A program made the position numbers and the translations under genes. Source: the human T2T-CHM13v2.0 reference genome, Homo sapiens. Taken from it: a stretch of 64,000 bases of DNA. Below the pieces are notes generated by a model. It was not told the origin of the DNA. It made no database searches and saw only the letters and a list, made by a program, of their open reading frames with translations. Location: the NCBI RefSeq assembly GCF_009914755.1, contig NC_060943.1. The stretch is one strand, 5' to 3'. Shown here piece after piece: positions 55,709-64,000 of the stretch. The first letter of the stretch is position 1. Every line of letters begins with the position of its first letter.

Positions 55709-56008
<300 letters not shown>

Positions 56009-57086
56009 TCAAGACCAGCCTGGCCAACATGGTGAAATCCCGTCTCTACTAAAAACACAAAACTTCCTGGGCATGGTGGCAGGTGCCTGTAATCTCAGCT
56101 ACTTGGGAGGTTGGAGCAGGATAATCACTTGAACCTGGGAGGCAGAGGTTGTAGTGAGTCGAGATCACACCACTGTAGATAGAGAGAGAGAGAGAGAGAG
56201 AGAGACTCATTCTGTCAAGCAGGCTGGGTTGGAGTGCAGTGGCGTGATCTCAGCTCGCTGCAATCTCCACAGCCCAGACTCAAGTGATCCTCCCACCTCA
56301 GCCTCCTGAATAGCCCACAACCACACCTGGCTAATTTTTGTATTTTTAGTAGAGACGGAGTTTCACCATGTTGGCCGGGCTGGTCTCAAACTCCTGACCT
56401 CAAGTGATCCGCCTGTCTCAGCCTCCCAAAATATTGGGATTACAGGTGTGAGCTACTACACCCAGCCTGACCATGTCTATATTAAACCTCAACAAAACTG
56501 TTAAAATAAGAAAATAATTGCCAGGAGAAGATGAGAATATCCAGCAGTCCTGAGGGCTCAGGGTTCCGTTTTCCCCACAAATGCCATCATCTGACGCCTC
56601 TGGGGATGGTGACCTTGAAACAGTCATGGAGCTGGGCCAGAAACCAGAGACCAGAGTCCCATGCCTGGGATTTGAGCAGTGGTCTCAGAGGCTTCTCAGT
56701 TTCTAGGGAAATGCACCCCACATGTCCCACACCAGAGTCCTCAAGCTTGGGAAATGCTTTGGGACAGGAAGACCTCATGGCTCCAAGTACTCAGGACATT
56801 ATCTCCCAAAAACCTAATGGGGGAGACCTTCATCCCCAAATCAGATCCCCCTAGTGGAGACATTTCTTCAGGCCCTGTAAGACCAACTAGTAATAGAATT
56901 AATACCAACAGGCCGGTGCAGTGGCCCATACCTATAATCTCAGCACTTTGGGAGGCCAAGTGGGGCAGATTACTTGAAGTCAGGAGTTCGAGACCATCCT
57001 GGCCAACATGGTGAAACCCCATGTCTCTACTAAAAATACAAAAATTAGCCAGGCATGGTGGTGGGTACCGTAATCCCAGCTACTCA

Positions 57087-57203
<117 letters not shown>

Positions 57204-57956
57204 TCAGAATGATTCTGGCAAGGGCGACAGAGTGAGAATCCGTCTCAAAAAAAAAAAAAAGAAAGAAAAAAAAGAATTAGTACCAACAATCATAATTCAC
57301 AGCGTGGGCAGAAGGAAGTGGATAGACTTCCATTCAGAAGCTCCTGGGTTCGAATCCTGGACCCATCCATAAATACACAAGGAAGGAAGGAAGGAAGGAA
57401 TAGTGGACAAATAGGCCTTTCAGCCCATTCCAAAAGACTTTATCATATCCCTTCTCAGATGCCCAAGCCTTGTGTTGCACAAGGCCAGGGCCCCAGAGAG
57501 GCCTCAGGCTTCCAAAAGTTTCCAGCCTTATAGGGGAGATAGTGCCCGACACAGACACTCCCACTACTATTACTGCTCACAGCAATAACAGAAGAAATCA
57601 CAGGCAGGCGAGACACAGGGAAGGGAGCCAAGGGGGAGGGACAAGGATAGAGGAAGGATGCCAGAACCAAAAAGAGAGAGAGGAAGTGGAGTGCAAGAAT
57701 GGTAGACGGCACGTGGCCAGTGGCTGTTACACACTGGCCAGGGAGGAAGTTGGGCTGAACAACCTAGATAATAAACGGCAGCGGGAGGCTGATTCGCCTT
57801 CCCAGATCTTTCCCATTTCTGTTCTGCTTTTCTTTGCATACTCCCGGAGACAGGGAGCTCACTCCTGAGAAAGGAGGTTCAATGTTTCCTGGGCATGGAC
57901 CACTGTCCAGAAGTTCCAAGCAAGATGATTTGTCAAGTAGTAGCCCCTATGGGTCA

Positions 57957-58762
<806 letters not shown>

Positions 58763-59399
58763 CTAAAGAGGATTATCTGGGGAGAGAGAGGTACCCATGT
58801 GCGCAACGCAGGCAGTCCCTTGCACAGGCTGGATCTAGAGTAAGACCCACTTGGGTTCAAACCTGCTCTACCACTTACAGGCCTGGTGACTTCATCCCTC
58901 CAAATCTCAGTTTCCTCTTCTTTCCTCTGAAAGTGACCACAGTAACTGTGCCTACTCATCTGTGCCTACATACAAGCACAAAACTCATCGCTTTGTGCTT
59001 GTATGTAATGAGCTAATGCAATAAAATACCTGGCGCACAGGAGGTGCAGAATAAGTGTTGCCCTGTTCCAGGCAGGCCCAGAGTGCTCCGGTTGTGTCCC
59101 AAACACACATGTACTTTCTTACCTCTAAAACTTTGCACCTGCTGTAAACTTCTGCCTCACCAGCTCTTGCCCCACCACCCACAAGGCAAACTCCTACACA
59201 TCCCTTAAAGCCCTACCTACAAGATAGATTTCTTTTCTCTGTTCAAGCCCTGACCTAGAGAGCTGGGAGCATCCATAGGCACCGGGTTCTGATGCGGCCT
59301 ACTGTCATGTGATGTGAGTTCCTGGAGGGCAGGAGTTCTGACCTACATGCAGCAGGCACGCAATCAAAGCTTGTTCAATGAAAAAAAAAATGAATGAAT

Positions 59400-60350
59400 G
59401 GTCACTTGGGAGAGGCGGCTCCCAAGCGGACACCCAGGAGTCGGCCAACCCCTTTAACGCCCGCATCCCCTGCTCTCCACGACCTCAAAGGGCCTGTAAG
59501 TGGTCGACAAAAAGGGGCGGGGATGCGGTGGTTCCGGGCGGGGTCTTCAGCCCTTCCGGTGCGGCCCCTTTAAGAGGCGGGGCCTGCGGGGCGGGCGCCG
59601 AGAACGCCGGGGCGGCCCGAAGATGGCGGCGGTGGCTGGATCTGGGGCTGCCGCGGCTCCGAGCTCACTGCTCCTCGTGGTGGGCAGCGAGTTCGGGAGC
59701 CCGGGGCTCCTCACCTACGTCCTGGAGGAGCTCGAAAGAGGTCGGGCTGGCCTGGGGGCCCGCGGGAGCCCGGGAGGCGGGCCCGTTCGCGCGTCTGGGC
59801 CCGGGGCCGGCGGGGTGGGGCGGCGGCGGCGGCGGCGGCGGGACCCGGGCTCCGGGGCGGGGGTCGCGGGCCTGGGGCTGGGTCCCCTTCACCGTTAGGC
59901 GCACGACGCGGGCAAAGGCGGGGTGCCCGTGGGTGCCCGCGGAGAAAGTGGCATCCGGGCCTGGGCTGGGCAGGGCTGCCCCGCCCCAACTCCGGGTGAA
60001 GATAGGGGAGGGGACACGGGCCTGGGCTTGGGGACCCTTGCAGTTGGACCACGGCTCCGCTTCCCGCCTGACTGGCCTGCCCGGGGGTAGGGCCTGGGGT
60101 CGCTTTGGATCTCCAGGTCTTAGCAGCTTAGATAGAGATCTCCCGGAGGGAGAAGCAGATATGGGGGAGGCTGGGCCTGGAGCCCCGGGGCCCGCTTTCT
60201 GTTGCCTCACAAGGAGCTGCTAATTGGGGTGTGGGCGGGTGCGGCCTGCCCTGGGGATTTGGCACCTAGGGAGGTGAGTCATAGGCGCACCTGCCAGGTT
60301 CACCTGCAGCCACTTGGCTCAGTGGGACTGGCGGGCGTGATGCGCCCGTG
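59400..60350. promoter_or_regulatory. MAP1S: MAP1S promoter CpG island
   Basis: Several GGGGCGGGG boxes at 59514-59600, a YY1-type AAGATGGCGGC motif over the ATG, and a (CGG)n run near 59821. Edges approximate. Confidence 0.9.
59623..59740 (+). CDS. MAP1S: MAP1S coding exon 1, MAAVAGSGAAAAPSSLLLVVGSEFGSPGLLTYVLEELER + 1 nt
   Basis: Strong Kozak context (AAGATGG) in a CpG island, donor GTCGGG at 59741. Recognised MAP1S N-terminus, within ORF 59500..59898(+). Confidence 0.96.
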
Positions 60351-60510
60351 GGTGGAGATGGGTGTTCATCCCCCATCCCTCGGAGCATCTGGACCTGGCG
60401 TTTCATTGCATGTAAAATGGGACAGGAACACGCACCTCGGTTCATGTGCTTGAGGAGTGTTTAGTGAGCACCTGCTATGCGCCAGGCCTTTGGGCAGTGG
60501 ACACAGGGAT

Positions 60511-60550
60511 ATGGCCGGGATGATAGACAGGTTCAGCCCTGCCAACACAG
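60511..60550 (+). CDS. MAP1S: MAP1S alternative first coding exon, MAGMIDRFSPANT + 1 nt
   Basis: GATATGG start context, 40 nt, phase-1 donor GTCTGG at 60551 compatible with exon 2. I recall this peptide as the MAP1S isoform 2 N-terminus. Confidence 0.7.
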
Positions 60551-61055
60551 GTCTGGTTTGGGGATGGACCCAAAGCGAGTGAGGAGATGGAACAAGCTTC
60601 CAGCTCACATGGTGTCAGGAAGGATGAGAAGGCTGCAAGGGACTGAGAGGACAGTCAGTCTTAGCACCCGAAGGTGCTGAGGGGGAAGGGCCCCCTGGCC
60701 AGTAGGAACAGGTGGGGGCGGCAGGGGGATGGACTTCCAGGCAGGGGAAACAGCTGTTGCAAGGGCGGTGAGTGGAAACGGGTCTGGCAGGGCATAGGAG
60801 CAGCGAGGAGGTGGAGATGGAGGAGGTGGAGGCTTTGTTGCTGATGAATCTTGTGTGTAAAATGATGAGGTGTGCTCTGGGTCCCCTGGCTCAGCTGCAG
60901 CGAGACCTGAAGGTGTTGGGTACTTCTGAGTCTCCAAGCTGTGAGTGAAGGGAGGAGGCTGGGGCGCTCCCCACCCACGGGGTGCTAATTATTGAAATAT
61001 TCTGGGAGCTGGGGGGCCCGGCTGAACTCCCGCCTTGATCCCTCCTTCCCACCAG

Positions 61056-61157
61056 GCATCCGGTCTTGGGATGTCGATCCTGGCGTCTGCAACCTTGATG
61101 AACAGCTCAAGGTCTTTGTGTCCCGACACTCTGCCACCTTCTCCAGCATTGTGAAAG
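61056..61157 (+). CDS. MAP1S: MAP1S coding exon 2 (102 nt), (G)IRSWDVDPGVCNLDEQLKVFVSRHSATFSSIVK
   Basis: caccag acceptor, gtgagg donor. Phase 1-1. Visible in ORF 60992..61255(+). Confidence 0.96.
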
Positions 61158-62465
61158 GTGAGGCTGGGGTCCCCCTGACTGCTCCCTACCTCTTGTTATT
61201 TGGGGAAGTGCCAGCCGTGTGCCAGGCATGGGGGGTGGGATGCAGCTATAAATAACAACAGTAATAATACAGTTGAGACCTTTCAAATGCAAGCCGTGAC
61301 CCAGTGATAACCCCCTCAGTCCTCAGCAACCCACAGTGCAGGAACTGGTGTTTTTGTCCCTGATTGACAGATGAGGAAATTGGCATTGAAGGGGGAAGAG
61401 GCAGGGAGATCTCTGAGGAGGGGGTTTTTTGATGAGAAACTGCTATGACTGGTGTGTCCAGTGGAAGGGAAGGGCCCCAGTCAAGACCCAGCAGTGGACA
61501 GAACATCTAGAATGAACCGGGCGCGGTGGCTTACGCCTCTGATCTCAGCACTTTGGGAGGCCGCAGCGGGCGGATCACTTGAGGTCAGGAGTTGGAGACT
61601 AGCCTGGCCAACGTGGAGGAACCCTGTCTCTACTAAGAATACAAAAATAACGGCATGGTGGCAGGCGCCTCTAATCCCAGCTACTCGGGAGGCTGAGGTG
61701 GGAGGATCACATGAACCCAGGAGGCAGAGGTTACAGTGGGGCTGAGACTGCGCCACTGCACTCCTGCCTGAGTGACAGAGCGGGAGGGACTCTGTCTCAG
61801 AACAAACAAACAAACAAAAAACATCTGGAAGGTGGAGGGGCACTGAGCAGGCCCTGGAAGATGGAGTGTGGGCCCCTTGCAGGAAGGGACTGATACTGGT
61901 TCACAGCCACAGGCCTGGGTATACAGTAGGCAGGGAACTGAAAAGGAGTGAGATCAAGAAGGGCCCAACTCAGCACGAGGCTCCCTTCTAGGGTGACCCA
62001 GGGTGAGCAGAGCAGCAGGCGGGCAGGCAGGGCTTGGGTGTTGCCTGCAGCCGCCCCCGGCTCCTGATGGTCTCTTGAGTCACCTCCCGGCTGCTGCTGG
62101 AGAGGAAGGAAGTGTCTGTAGTCTCATTGTCCCAGTTGGTCCTTGTGGCTTCCTGACACTTCATGGGGCAGAAAGTGGAGCTGGAAATCCTGTCTGCTGT
62201 GTGTGAACTTCGTGGCCACTTCCCTTCTTTATGCCTTGATTTCCCCACCTGAATGGGGCAATATCCCTGTGTGGCAAAAAGCGTGCTAAGGCTGGGTGGG
62301 GTGGCTCTCGCCTGTAATCCCAACACTTTGGGAGGTCAAAGTGGGAGGATTTTTTGAGGTCAGGAGTTCAAAACCAGCTGGGGCAACATGGTGAAACCCT
62401 GTCCCTACTGAAAATGCAAAAATGAGCTGGACCTGGTGGTGCACACCTGTAGTCCCAGCTACTCA

Positions 62466-63056
<591 letters not shown>

Positions 63057-63447
63057 TCAGCCTTGTTCACAGTTCAGTCCTGCCTCAGGGGCCTTGGCTG
63101 GTGCTGTACCCTGGTCCGGGTTGGCCCTCACCGGCCCCCACCCCGGCTCTGGCTCCTTGCCACCCCCCTCTCACAGTACTGATGTTTAAAACACATACGG
63201 GCCCTGGGGGACAGAGCAGGGTCAGGATCCCAGAAACAGCCCTACTTCAGCCCCGGCCCTTATGCTGCCCCACCCCTAGCTGAGTCCTGCCTCAGGACCT
63301 TTGCTCCGGATGTACCCTCGTCCACGTTCGCCCTCATTGGCCCTCCTCGAGCTCTGGCTCTCTGTCTGAAAAATAAATGTGGCCGGATGGGTGCAGTGGG
63401 TCAAGTCTGTAATCCCAGCACTTTGGGAGGCCGAGGCAGGCGGATCA

Positions 63448-63748
<301 letters not shown>

Positions 63749-64000
63749 TCACGAGGTCAGGATATGGAGACTATCCTGGCTTACACGGTGAAACCCTGTC
63801 TCTACTAAAAATACAAAAACTTAGCCGGGTGTGGTGGCGGGCACCTGTAGTCCTGGCTACTCGGGAGGCTGAGGCAGGAGAATGGCGTGAACCCGGGAGG
63901 AGGAGCGGAGCTTGCAGTGAGCAGAGATTGCACCACTGCCCTCCAGCCTGGGCGACAGAGCGAGACTCCGTCTCACAAAAAAAAGAAGAAAATGGTGGCA

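Noticed and set aside
59378-60223. 281-aa plus and 181-aa minus ORFs across the MAP1S promoter
   Set aside because: GC-rich open frames that are out of frame with, or antisense to, MAP1S exon 1. No protein-like features.

Overview
Human (primate) genomic DNA, very Alu-dense, recognisable as the 19p13.11 UNC13A-MAP1S interval. The minus strand carries coding exons 1-8 of UNC13A (Munc13-1): ATG at 28334, exon 8 at 3685-3720, 559 coding nt that splice in frame with GT-AG sites and encode the C2A domain plus the start of the linker. The gene continues off the left edge. About 31 kb away, the plus strand carries the divergent MAP1S gene (exon 1, a phase-compatible alternative first exon, exon 2), which continues off the right edge. 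Nearly all ORFs in the supplied track are Alu or low-complexity artefacts. I found no new protein-coding system. The most interesting signals are non-coding: (i) a diverged, non-Alu inverted duplication that brackets UNC13A exon 1 and its CpG island; (ii) two REST/RE1 sites, one canonical and one split-spacer, each near a CRE motif, plus an intronic AP-1/MEF2-TATA/EGR cluster; (iii) two uORFs in the UNC13A leader; (iv) a dispersed 14-mer array just after the exon 1 donor; (v) several locally templated insertions and snap-back hairpins that look like DNA-repair scars. Repeat family names and identity estimates are by eye.
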